Shown here: piece after piece, positions 1-8,369 of the stretch | Layout of the letters: every line of letters begins with the position of its first letter | Position numbering within the stretch: the stretch's first letter is position 1 | From: an uncultured Bacilli bacterium | GTDB taxonomy: Bacteria > Bacillota_I > Bacilli_A > RF39 > UBA660 | Length of the DNA: 32,485 bases | NCBI GenBank assembly: GCA_947589165.1 | Contig: CANQCH010000003.1 | Span: forward strand, 1-32,485 | Direction of reading: 5' to 3' | Made by a program: the position numbers and the translations under genes | Notes under the pieces: model-generated | Told to the model about the DNA's origin: nothing | Database searches by the model: none | What the model saw: the letters and a program-made list of their open reading frames with translations, nothing else

Positions 1-1
1 C

Positions 2-30
2 ATTTTATCAAAAAAAAAAAAAAAAGTCAA
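2..30 (-). promoter_or_regulatory. sigma-70/sigmaA promoter with homopolymeric spacer, firing leftwards out of the window
   Basis: Minus strand reads TTGACT (30-25), 17-bp spacer (T15 + GA), TAAAAT (7-2), with TG extended -10; the + strand has an A16 run at 10-25. Confidence 0.7.
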
Positions 31-1403
31 ATGACTTTTTGGACAATTTCTTTAAAGTTTAGGGCTTGTGATGCTTTAATTAAAATTTTATCATCTGGGG
101 TTTTTAATTTATTTATTAAAGCAATAGCTTCATCATTACTATTACAATGATAAGAATTTTGGAAATTAAAACCTAATTCAATAGCGCGGTCATTAATTAA
201 TTTGGTATAATTTCCAACTGTAATTAAAATATCAATGTCTTCATTTACAATAACATCCCCAATTTTAGCATGTAATTCTTCGGAAAATTCACCTAGCTCT
301 AACATCGTACCAAGGCACGCAATTTTGCGGCCAAATAAACTACCTAAATATTTAATACTATAACTTAAAGAATCAAAATTAGAATTATAACAATCGTCTA
401 TAATGGTAATTTTATTTTTTTCAATTAAATGCATCCGATTGCGTGATAATTCAAAATTATCAATACCTTGTTGAATTTCATTGGTTTTTAAATTAAAGAT
501 GGTACCAACCGCGATCGCCATTAAGGCATTATAAATAAAGTGTTCGCCCCCGATTGGCACATGATAATTTTCTCTTTGACAGCAAAAATTACTTTCATTT
601 TCATTTTCTTTAATATCAAGAGCTTGAAAGTCAGCATTAGTTTTTATCCCAATCGTTTTAAGCTGATAATTAGCTTTATTTTTTTGATACCATTCATTTA
701 ATAAATCATTATCTTGATTAATAATTAAAGTTCCATTAGGTTTTAAACCTTCTAAAATTTCTAATTTGGCTTTTAAAATATTGCGGCGGCTACCTAAATT
801 ACCAATATGAGCAGTACCCACATTCGTAATAATTGCGACATCCGGCTTCGCAATATTCGTTAAATAACTGATTTCGCCTAAATGGTTCATACCCATTTCC
901 ACCACCAAAATATCTTTGGTATCATCCATGCTTAAGATCGTTAATGGTAGACCAATATGATTATTTTGATTCCCAATCGTTTTATGAACATTATATTTTT
1001 CTTTTAAGACACTATAAACCATATCTTTGGTACTAGTTTTACCGGCACTACCAGTGATAGCCACTACGGGTTTGGTAAAGGTACTCCGTTTAAAACAAGC
1101 CAGTTCACCTAATGCTTTAATTGGATCTTCAACTAAAACAATACTTTGCGTATTTTTTTCTAGCTCGGCTATAATGTCTTCACGATTAGCTAAAGAACCA
1201 TCCTTTAATATTAAAAGTGTGGCTCCTTTCTTTAACGCTTCTTCGTAAAATTCATTACCATCAAAGTTTTCCCCTTTAATCCCAATATATAAATCTTTAT
1301 TTTTTATTTTACGGGTATCAAGCGAAACATTATTTATTTCTTCATCAATTTTATTTAAAATTTTTGTATATTTAATATTATTATAAACATCTGTCGTTCT
1401 CAT
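27..1403 (-). CDS. murF: UDP-N-acetylmuramoyl-tripeptide--D-alanyl-D-alanine ligase
   Basis: Mur ligase motifs ITGSAGKTSTK, NNHIGLPLT, EMGMNHLGEI, DDCYNSN, MLELG, ILIKAS. Start placed at ATG 1403 (GGGAGTGA RBS); alternative 1427. Confidence 0.93.
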   Translation of the reverse strand: MRTTDVYNNIKYTKILNKIDEEINNVSLDTRKIKNKDLYIGIKGENFDGNEFYEEALKKGATLLILKDGSLANREDIIAELEKNTQSIVLVEDPIKALGELACFKRSTFTKPVVAITGSAGKTSTKDMVYSVLKEKYNVHKTIGNQNNHIGLPLTILSMDDTKDILVVEMGMNHLGEISYLTNIAKPDVAIITNVGTAHIGNLGSRRNILKAKLEILEGLKPNGTLIINQDNDLLNEWYQKNKANYQLKTIGIKTNADFQALDIKENENESNFCCQRENYHVPIGGEHFIYNALMAIAVGTIFNLKTNEIQQGIDNFELSRNRMHLIEKNKITIIDDCYNSNFDSLSYSIKYLGSLFGRKIACLGTMLELGEFSEELHAKIGDVIVNEDIDILITVGNYTKLINDRAIELGFNFQNSYHCNSNDEAIALINKLKTPDDKILIKASQALNFKEIVQKVI

Positions 1404-1433
1404 TAAATCACTCCCAATTATAGACATTATACC

Positions 1434-3701
1434 CTATTTAAAAATTTTTGTATATAATTCTTTAAAGTCACTGATCGGGCATATTGTCATTTTATCTTTA
1501 ATGATACTTGGTACTTCTTCTAAAGCCGGAATATTAGCTTTAGGTATATACACAGTACTAACACCATTATTATATGCAGCAATTAATTTTTCCTTTAATC
1601 CGCCAATTTCTAAAATTTCTCCGCGTAACGAAATTTCCCCCGTAAAAGCAATATTTTTTGCTACTTTTTTCTTTTTAATAATGCTCATTAAAGCCACTAA
1701 AATCGATAAGCCCGCCGATGGACCATTCTTTTTCGATGCCGCATCGAGAAAATGGACATGTAAATTTTTCTTATCTAAGGAAATTTTATATTCACTTTTT
1801 ATATAACTAATGGCCACTAAAACACTTTCTTCCATTACATTTCCAACCGAACCAGTAATATAAATTTTTCCATCACCATCACTTAAGGTAACTTCTAATT
1901 TCGAACAAAAGCCGCCATAACCATTTACGCCTAAGGTATTAACTTCACCAATATTACCCGTCGATAAATAACTATTTTGACTTTTAGGATTACCTAAATA
2001 TTTAACGAAATCTTTTTCCGTTAGGCGATTTTGCCCTGCGATAGCCATCTTCCGCACAATTTTTTCTAAAATGCGTTCTAACTCCCGAACCCCAGCTTCT
2101 CTCGTATAATTTAAAATTAAATGATATATTTGTTTATCGGTTAATTTAATTGTACTTAGACCATATTCTTGATATATTTTCGGTAATAAATATTTTTGGG
2201 CAATATCCTTTTTTTCAAAAATCGTATAACTATTAAGTTCCATAACTTCGACCCGATCAAGTATTGTTTCCGGAATATTTTCCCAATAATTCGCCGTTAA
2301 AATAAATAATACTTCACTTAAATCAAAAGGTTCTTCAATGTAATTATCCGTGAAATATTTATTTTGCACAGGATCAATTATTTCCAGTAAAGTACTCGCG
2401 GGATCCCCATGATAATTTTTGGTCATTTTATCAACTTCATCAATTAAAATAACGGGATTTTTCGTACCACATTTCCGTAAACCTTGAATAATTTTGCCCG
2501 GATTGGCCCCGAGATAAGTTCTTCTGGAACCAATTAATTCGGTGGAATCGTTTAAACCACCAACCGATATTTTATAAAATTGCCGATTCAAAACCGCCGC
2601 GATCGCCATCGCAATCGAAGTTTTTCCGACGCCTGGTGGGCCAATTAAACAAATAATTGGGGTTTGAATATTAGGACATTTACCTTTAACAGCAATATAT
2701 TCACTAATGCGTTCCTTGATTTCTTTTAAACCATAATGGGTGGCATCTAACTTTTGCATTATTGCATCGGCATCTTTGGGGTCTTTAGAGACTTTATGCC
2801 ATGGTAGGCTTAAAACCCAATCTAAATAATTGCGTAAGACACTTAAATCGGGACTCGATTCATTAGTTAATGAATATTTTTCAATTTCGGCGGCAATTTT
2901 CGTCTTTATTGCACCAGCAATTTTTAAAGTAGCTAATTTACTTTTAAAGTTTTCGGTATCTAATTCTTGAAAAGATTTTTCCCCTAACTCAGATTTAATA
3001 GCTTTAATTTTTTCTTTTAAAATATACTCTTTTTGATTAGCTTCTAAAACTTCTCTAACTTGATCATCTAATTTTTCATCAATTTTTAAAATCGCAATTT
3101 CTTCTCTTAAATCGTTTAATAAATTAACAGCCCGATTTAAAGGATTATAATTTTGCATATATTCACTCTTTTTTTCAAAATTAAAAGGTAAAAAAGAGGT
3201 AATAATATCGGTAATAGCTCCCATACTTTTCGCTTTATTAATCGTGGCTAAAATACTATTAGAAACATTATCTGCTAAATCAATATATTCTTTTAAAGTG
3301 GCAATTAATTTTCTTTTTAAAGCATTTTCTTCCGAAACGGCAAATTTGGGTAATTCAATTTCTTGAAATTCACAATTTAAAATATTTTCATTCCAACTAG
3401 AAACAAAATAATTACTGACAATAACGCGTTTTAAACCACGTAAAGTTAACCGAATATTTCCACTCGGTAATTGTAATTTATTTTTTATTTTGGCAATAAC
3501 CCCAACGCGAGGTAAATCGTCAATACTCGGTTCTTCTTCTTTCGCGTCAATGGGACTTACCACTAAAAGTCGACTATCAAAATTATCCCAAGCATTTTTG
3601 ATAATTAATTTGCTTAATTTATTATTTAATTCAATTTTAATTTCTTGATTTGGGAGGATAATTAATTCTTTTAATAAAATGACGGGGATTACATTGTTCA
3701 T
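1434..3701 (-). CDS. lon: Lon (La) ATP-dependent protease
   Basis: Walker A GPPGVGKTS, Walker B ILIDEVDK, RRTYLGANPG, catalytic GPSAG and IGGLKEK. Start at ATG 3701 after GGAGGT. Confidence 0.95.
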   Translation of the reverse strand: MNNVIPVILLKELIILPNQEIKIELNNKLSKLIIKNAWDNFDSRLLVVSPIDAKEEEPSIDDLPRVGVIAKIKNKLQLPSGNIRLTLRGLKRVIVSNYFVSSWNENILNCEFQEIELPKFAVSEENALKRKLIATLKEYIDLADNVSNSILATINKAKSMGAITDIITSFLPFNFEKKSEYMQNYNPLNRAVNLLNDLREEIAILKIDEKLDDQVREVLEANQKEYILKEKIKAIKSELGEKSFQELDTENFKSKLATLKIAGAIKTKIAAEIEKYSLTNESSPDLSVLRNYLDWVLSLPWHKVSKDPKDADAIMQKLDATHYGLKEIKERISEYIAVKGKCPNIQTPIICLIGPPGVGKTSIAMAIAAVLNRQFYKISVGGLNDSTELIGSRRTYLGANPGKIIQGLRKCGTKNPVILIDEVDKMTKNYHGDPASTLLEIIDPVQNKYFTDNYIEEPFDLSEVLFILTANYWENIPETILDRVEVMELNSYTIFEKKDIAQKYLLPKIYQEYGLSTIKLTDKQIYHLILNYTREAGVRELERILEKIVRKMAIAGQNRLTEKDFVKYLGNPKSQNSYLSTGNIGEVNTLGVNGYGGFCSKLEVTLSDGDGKIYITGSVGNVMEESVLVAISYIKSEYKISLDKKNLHVHFLDAASKKNGPSAGLSILVALMSIIKKKKVAKNIAFTGEISLRGEILEIGGLKEKLIAAYNNGVSTVYIPKANIPALEEVPSIIKDKMTICPISDFKELYTKIFK

Positions 3702-3724
3702 AACGACCTCCAAATACAAAAGTT

Positions 3725-3753
3725 ATTATAAAGTTTTAACTAGCAAATGTAAA
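3725..3753 (-). promoter_or_regulatory. sigmaA promoter of lon
   Basis: TTTACA-17 bp-TATAAT on the minus strand upstream of the lon RBS. Confidence 0.6.
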
Positions 3754-3754
3754 G

Positions 3755-3786
3755 AAAAAAAGTGCACTTTTTTTCGTGCACTTTTT
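3755..3786 (-). terminator. Intrinsic terminator after the 304-aa ORF
   Basis: Minus strand AAAAAGTGCAC-loop-GTGCACTTTTTTT, 5 bp after the stop codon. Confidence 0.7.
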
Positions 3787-3791
3787 AAGAT

Positions 3792-4706
3792 TTAACGATT
3801 AATCGTATTTCCTTCACTACTAGCTAAAAATGTGGCTACCAATTCATTTTCATTAGGTCCTATTTGGGAACGTAACTTGGCATTTTCTTTTTCTAAAGCT
3901 TCAATACGTTTTTTATAAATTTCCAGTTTTTGCTCTGCCGTTTCCATTTCTTTTTGCGGATATTCCATCATATAAATCGTACTTGACGGCTTTAAATTAT
4001 TTTGATGGGTACGATGCGCAGCAATCTCAGCTAATTCCCAAACGGCAAAATGTTTAAAATTGTGTTTTTCTTGGTTTAAATAACGCAGTCTATTTTTGAC
4101 CATGGCCGTATTGGGATCAAAGTAAATACTTTTCGCCACATTATAATTATTGACACCGGTTAAAAATTCTTCATCACTAGGAACTAATAAATAAGATACC
4201 GCTAAAGCTTTGGCTTCTTCACTTTCTAAAGGTATTTTTAAAAAGGTCCGACAATATTCTTCATTTTGCACAATAAATTCAGCATAAGCTAAGGCTTTGG
4301 CTTCTTCTTTTTCACTTAAAGCTTTTTTTAATTCTTCTTTTAAAATAAATTCGGCCCGTAAAAATAATAAATCACCATCATTACCATAATAACCTAATAA
4401 AGTTGTTTCCCCATTTTCGTTATTTTTAAGACCACCGGCTATATTTAGGGAACCATAATCATTTATAAAAGCTTCGTCACTTGGCCATAATAAATAGGAA
4501 ATTAAAACTTTTTTGACAGTTGTTAAATGTTCGAGCTTGATATCAAAGGCATTTTTTTGCCAAAATTTTTCCACCATTTCTTGCGCCATCGGATAAGCTA
4601 AAGGATGCTTTAATTCATCACTTTTAATATTTTCAAAGCGCGGATTTTGCGCGGAAATTAATGCCGCGATAACACCATATTTGGAACTTGTTGGACTTAT
4701 TTTCAT
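3792..4706 (-). CDS. Hypothetical protein with internally duplicated SYLLxPSDExF motif (possible degenerate ImmA/IrrE-like helical module) and C-terminal coiled coil
   Basis: 304-aa ORF with GGTGA RBS, its own promoter and terminator; motifs SYLLWPSDEAF/SYLLVPSDEEF and EEAKALA each occur twice. Confidence 0.75.
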   Translation of the reverse strand: MKISPTSSKYGVIAALISAQNPRFENIKSDELKHPLAYPMAQEMVEKFWQKNAFDIKLEHLTTVKKVLISYLLWPSDEAFINDYGSLNIAGGLKNNENGETTLLGYYGNDGDLLFLRAEFILKEELKKALSEKEEAKALAYAEFIVQNEEYCRTFLKIPLESEEAKALAVSYLLVPSDEEFLTGVNNYNVAKSIYFDPNTAMVKNRLRYLNQEKHNFKHFAVWELAEIAAHRTHQNNLKPSSTIYMMEYPQKEMETAEQKLEIYKKRIEALEKENAKLRSQIGPNENELVATFLASSEGNTINR

Positions 4707-4723
4707 ATTATCACCATACTTTA

Positions 4724-4752
4724 AGAATACACTAGGAAAAAGGAAAAGTCAA
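4724..4752 (-). promoter_or_regulatory. sigmaA promoter of the 304-aa ORF
   Basis: TTGACT-17 bp-TATTCT on the minus strand. Confidence 0.55.
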
Positions 4753-4816
4753 TGTCTTACCTTTAATTAACCAATTCTCTTTCTTTTACATAAAATATTT
4801 TGATTGGAGGAAAATT

Positions 4817-5608
4817 ATGTTCACCTGGTTTCAAAATTTAGACTATACTATGCAAGCCTTGATTGCCACAATATTTACGTGGAGTATTACGGCTTTAGGG
4901 GCAGGAATTGTCTTTGCTTTTCGGAAAATTAATAAAAATATTATGGATGCTATGTTAGGCTTTGCCGCCGGCGTTATGATTGCGGCCTCATTTTTTTCTT
5001 TACTTTCACCGGCGATTGAAATGGCTACCAATTTACAGATGATTCCGTGGTTAATTACTACGATTGGCTTTTTCATGGGCGGAATTTTATTATTTATCGG
5101 TGATAAAATATTTGATCAGCACTTAAAAAAGGATAATAAAAATAAAATAAAACGCAGTTTTATGCTAATCTTTTCCATTACTTTACATAATATCCCCGAA
5201 GGTCTAGCTGTTGGGGTTGCCTTTGGCTCTCTAGCTTATGGTATTGAAGGCGCAACTTTAGGCGCGGCCATAATGTTAGCTATTGGTATTGGTCTCCAAA
5301 ATTTTCCCGAAGGCACAGCGATTTCCGTCCCCCTTTTACGTGATGGTTTTTCTCGCACCAAAGCTTTCTTTTATGGCCAACTAAGTGGCATTGTCGAACC
5401 TATATCGGGGGTTATTGGGGCCATTTTAGTAATTAAAGTCCGGACCATTTTACCATTTTTACTGGCCTTTGCTGCCGGAGCAATGATCTATGTTGTCGTT
5501 CAAGAATTAATTCCCGAAAGTCAAACCAATAAAAAGAAAGATTTAATGGCACTATTTACGATGATCGGCTTTTCGATAATGATGCTACTCGATCTTGCTT
5601 TAGGCTAA
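4817..5608 (+). CDS. ZIP (ZupT/GufA) family divalent metal transporter
   Basis: Hydrophobic 263 aa with GFAAGVMIAASF, ITLHNIPEGLAVGV, QNFPEG, AFAAGAMIYVV motifs; GGAGG RBS. Confidence 0.92.
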   Translation: MFTWFQNLDYTMQALIATIFTWSITALGAGIVFAFRKINKNIMDAMLGFAAGVMIAASFFSLLSPAIEMATNLQMIPWLITTIGFFMGGILLFIGDKIFDQHLKKDNKNKIKRSFMLIFSITLHNIPEGLAVGVAFGSLAYGIEGATLGAAIMLAIGIGLQNFPEGTAISVPLLRDGFSRTKAFFYGQLSGIVEPISGVIGAILVIKVRTILPFLLAFAAGAMIYVVVQELIPESQTNKKKDLMALFTMIGFSIMMLLDLALG

Positions 5609-5609
5609 A

Positions 5610-5634
5610 AAAAATAACTTGCAAAAGTTATTTT
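5610..5634. repeat. Left 25-bp target-site duplication of the IS; palindromic bidirectional terminator
   Basis: AAAAATAACTT-GCAA-AAGTTATTTT, identical to 6659-6683. Confidence 0.92.
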
Positions 5635-5650
5635 CCTAAATTGAAATTTG

Positions 5651-5677
5651 AACCGCACCACAAGGTGCGGTTTTTTT
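5651..5677 (+). terminator. Intrinsic terminator built from the inner part of the IS left inverted repeat
   Basis: AACCGCACC-ACAA-GGTGCGGTT followed by a T tract. Confidence 0.75.
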
Positions 5678-5718
5678 GATAAAATAAAAGAGCCCCACCC
5701 GGCAAGGAGGACTCATAA

Positions 5719-6630
5719 ATGAATTATACCCAATTAACAGAAAAAAAGAAAGTAGAAATTGATATATTGTTAAAGCAAGATCTATCAATGAGAAAAGTGG
5801 CGAAAATACTAGGAATAAGCCATTCAACTATATCAAGATATAAATCAGGAAAATATCGAAAAAGGAAGATAGATATACATAAAAAATATGATATATTTTT
5901 AAATTATTTTTATAACCAATATGACAGACGAACATGCTCAATAGAAATATGTATCCATAAGTTTAAAAAATATTATTTAGGAGTAAAATGTCCAAGCGTA
6001 AAACAAGTATATAATTGGATAAATGAAGGAAAATTAGAAATAAAAAAAGAAGGATTATGTTATAAAAAAAGAAAAGGAAAAAATAAAAGTGGAATGATGA
6101 ACCACTTCCAATGGAATCTAGATAATAAAACAGTGCTCCCAATAAGTTTAAGACCAAAGTATATAGAAAAAAGGCAGGAAAAAGGCCATTTAGAGATAGA
6201 TTCAATAGTAGGAAAAAGAAATGAATATGATTCAATAATATCAATAGTAGATAGATGTACGAGAAGATTATGGTTAATAAAAGCACAATATAAAAACGAA
6301 TACTATATAGATAAATTAATATATAACTACATAATAAAAAATGATATAGAAGTAAAATCAATAACAGTAGATAATGGCTTAGAATTCAGTGCTTTGGGAC
6401 TAACAGCTAAAAAACTAGGTGTAAAATTATATAAATGTGATCCTTACTGCTCCTTCCAAAGAGGAACAAATGAAAGAATGAATGCGATGGTAAGAAGATT
6501 TATACCAAAAGGAAGTTCAATGAAAATGATACCACAAATCTATTTAGATGATATTAGTTTTGCAATTAATAGTATGCCTAAAAAAATATTTGACTATAAG
6601 AGTTCTTTTGATATAGAATTAATTTATTAA
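5719..6630 (+). CDS. IS30-family transposase
   Basis: N-terminal HTH (SMRKVAKILGISHSTISR); DDE motifs GHLEIDSIVG, SITVDNGLEF, QRGTNERMN; AAGGAGG RBS. Confidence 0.94.
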   Translation: MNYTQLTEKKKVEIDILLKQDLSMRKVAKILGISHSTISRYKSGKYRKRKIDIHKKYDIFLNYFYNQYDRRTCSIEICIHKFKKYYLGVKCPSVKQVYNWINEGKLEIKKEGLCYKKRKGKNKSGMMNHFQWNLDNKTVLPISLRPKYIEKRQEKGHLEIDSIVGKRNEYDSIISIVDRCTRRLWLIKAQYKNEYYIDKLIYNYIIKNDIEVKSITVDNGLEFSALGLTAKKLGVKLYKCDPYCSFQRGTNERMNAMVRRFIPKGSSMKMIPQIYLDDISFAINSMPKKIFDYKSSFDIELIY

Positions 6631-6658
6631 AAGTGGTGCGGTTGAAATTACAATAAAG

Positions 6659-6683
6659 AAAAATAACTTGCAAAAGTTATTTT
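6659..6683. repeat. Right 25-bp target-site duplication of the IS; bidirectional terminator containing the stop codon of the convergent gene
   Basis: Identical to 5610-5634; the minus-strand TAA lies at 6677-6679. Confidence 0.92.
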
Positions 6684-8293
6684 TGAATTATTTGGACAAA
6701 ATTATTTTTTCCTTCTTGTTGCACTACATAATTATTTGCATTTAAATGACTAATTTTATCAGCTGTAATTTCATCGTATAAATTATTATGATAGTAAACA
6801 CTTATTTTATTATTTTCCCGGCTAAAAACTAATTTATCGACTTTAAATACTTCAAATTCCACATCAACTTTTTCTTTCGTATAAGAAGCAATTAATGACC
6901 CCGAATTAATTCGATAATAATTATATCTAATTTTATTTTCGGTCGGTAACTCGGTATATAACTGATTATAATTAAGCATTATAGCTTTCGTGACATTACT
7001 TTGATATTTGGTATTAATTCCCATTTTTTCATCTTGATTAAAATAAACACTAAAACTACCCTTTTGATTAACTAAAAAAGCTGGTTGATCATAAAAAAGT
7101 TCGGAATTGGCAATATAATTAAGACCCCGAATTAAATTAATTTTTCCGGTTTTCATTAAAATTAATTCATTTTCTTCATCAGTCATAATATTTTTGATTT
7201 GGTAAAAATCCGTAAATTGTTGAATGGTAATCGTATTTTCTTTGGTGGTATATTCATCAGTTAAAATTTCTAAGGTATTATTATAGATTACTAATTTTTT
7301 ATTTTGGACCGTGATGATAAATTCAGGAGTCGTAGTAATAAAATCATAGTTATAATCTAAAGCTAGTGATCCAAATTTATTAATTATCCCGTATTTACCA
7401 TTTTTCATTACCACAAAATAATCACCATTATTAGAAGTTAAACTAAAGTTTAAATTTTGGGCCGGAATAACAATATTTCCGGTAAAATCCGCAATTCCAT
7501 AACCATTGACATCTTTATAAATTAAATTATTAGTTGAATTATTAGTTACAATCTTTTTTTCTTTATTTAAGGAAGCAAAAATTAATTCTTTTCCTTCTAA
7601 TAATTTGGTTTCGTTTAAAGTATTAAACAAATAACTATTTAAACTTTGGACATATAAATAATCCTTATTATCACTTATTTGGTAAGCATCATTTAAATGA
7701 CTATCAATAATAGTACCAGTTTTAAGATTATATAAAATACCCATATAGGCTTCATTATTGTAAGCATTATAAACGAAATCATTAACGATAAAATTAGGAT
7801 AGTTATTGATTACATTATATAAGTAAAGATAACTAATATATTGCGCACTAGTATCGGCATTATCCCGATATAAAACTAACCTATTCGTTAAAACATCATT
7901 AAAATTAATATTACCGGCAACAATACTATTATTTCTTTTTAAAATATAACTACCTTGATCATTAATTAAATAATAATGATCATATAAACAGTAGATTTGT
8001 TCTTGACTAAAATTAAAAGTTTCGATAACATTTAGTTTTTCATCAAGCATCACCGTTTTTACTTCATCTGTTGAAACATCATCAACTATATAATACCCGG
8101 CCGAACAGTAGTGGGGATTTTGATAATTTTCATTAATATTGGTAAAACTATAATCGATACTATCCGGTTCTTCCTTGGGTTTATGATTTCCCCAGTTGAC
8201 GATAAAGTGATAGACAATAAAAGCCACAATAAAAATAATGACGCAAAGAATTAAAACTTTAATCGTTTTTAAAATTTCTTCTTTTGTTTGCAT
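6677..8293 (-). CDS. Membrane-anchored WG-repeat-like (beta-repeat) surface protein
   Basis: N-terminal TM helix; YGIADFTGNIVIP and GKYGIINKFGSLALDYNYD resemble WG repeats; Asn/Tyr-rich. Start ATG 8293 after AGGTGAGG. Confidence 0.7.
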   Translation of the reverse strand: MQTKEEILKTIKVLILCVIIFIVAFIVYHFIVNWGNHKPKEEPDSIDYSFTNINENYQNPHYCSAGYYIVDDVSTDEVKTVMLDEKLNVIETFNFSQEQIYCLYDHYYLINDQGSYILKRNNSIVAGNINFNDVLTNRLVLYRDNADTSAQYISYLYLYNVINNYPNFIVNDFVYNAYNNEAYMGILYNLKTGTIIDSHLNDAYQISDNKDYLYVQSLNSYLFNTLNETKLLEGKELIFASLNKEKKIVTNNSTNNLIYKDVNGYGIADFTGNIVIPAQNLNFSLTSNNGDYFVVMKNGKYGIINKFGSLALDYNYDFITTTPEFIITVQNKKLVIYNNTLEILTDEYTTKENTITIQQFTDFYQIKNIMTDEENELILMKTGKINLIRGLNYIANSELFYDQPAFLVNQKGSFSVYFNQDEKMGINTKYQSNVTKAIMLNYNQLYTELPTENKIRYNYYRINSGSLIASYTKEKVDVEFEVFKVDKLVFSRENNKISVYYHNNLYDEITADKISHLNANNYVVQQEGKNNFVQIIQK

Positions 8294-8340
8294 TAGCCTC
8301 ACCTATTATTATAGTAACATCCTACAAATTTTTACGCAAG

Positions 8341-8363
8341 AAAAAAGACAACTAAAAGTTGTC
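8341..8363 (-). terminator. Terminator after tig
   Basis: Minus strand GACAACT-TTT-AGTTGTC-TTTTTT. Confidence 0.7.
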
Positions 8364-8369
8364 AATTAA

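Larger units (their letters stand above)
5635..6658 (+). mobile_element. IS30-family insertion sequence, ~1024 bp
   Basis: Terminal inverted repeats 5636-5661 and 6633-6658 match 22/26; single DDE transposase; 25-bp flanking direct repeats; A-rich composition unlike neighbours. Confidence 0.93.

Noticed and set aside
3755-3774. Perfect 20-bp palindrome A7-GTGCAC-T7 as an operator
   Set aside because: Adequately explained as part of the intrinsic terminator.
6642-6658. IS circle-junction promoter (TTGAAA in IRR plus TAAATT in IRL)
   Set aside because: Predicted spacing is only about 15 bp with a typical junction spacer; not supportable without the circle sequence.
5610-6683. Palindromic 25-bp direct repeats as a CRISPR array
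   Set aside because: Only two copies, ~1 kb apart, separated by an IS; no spacers or cas genes.
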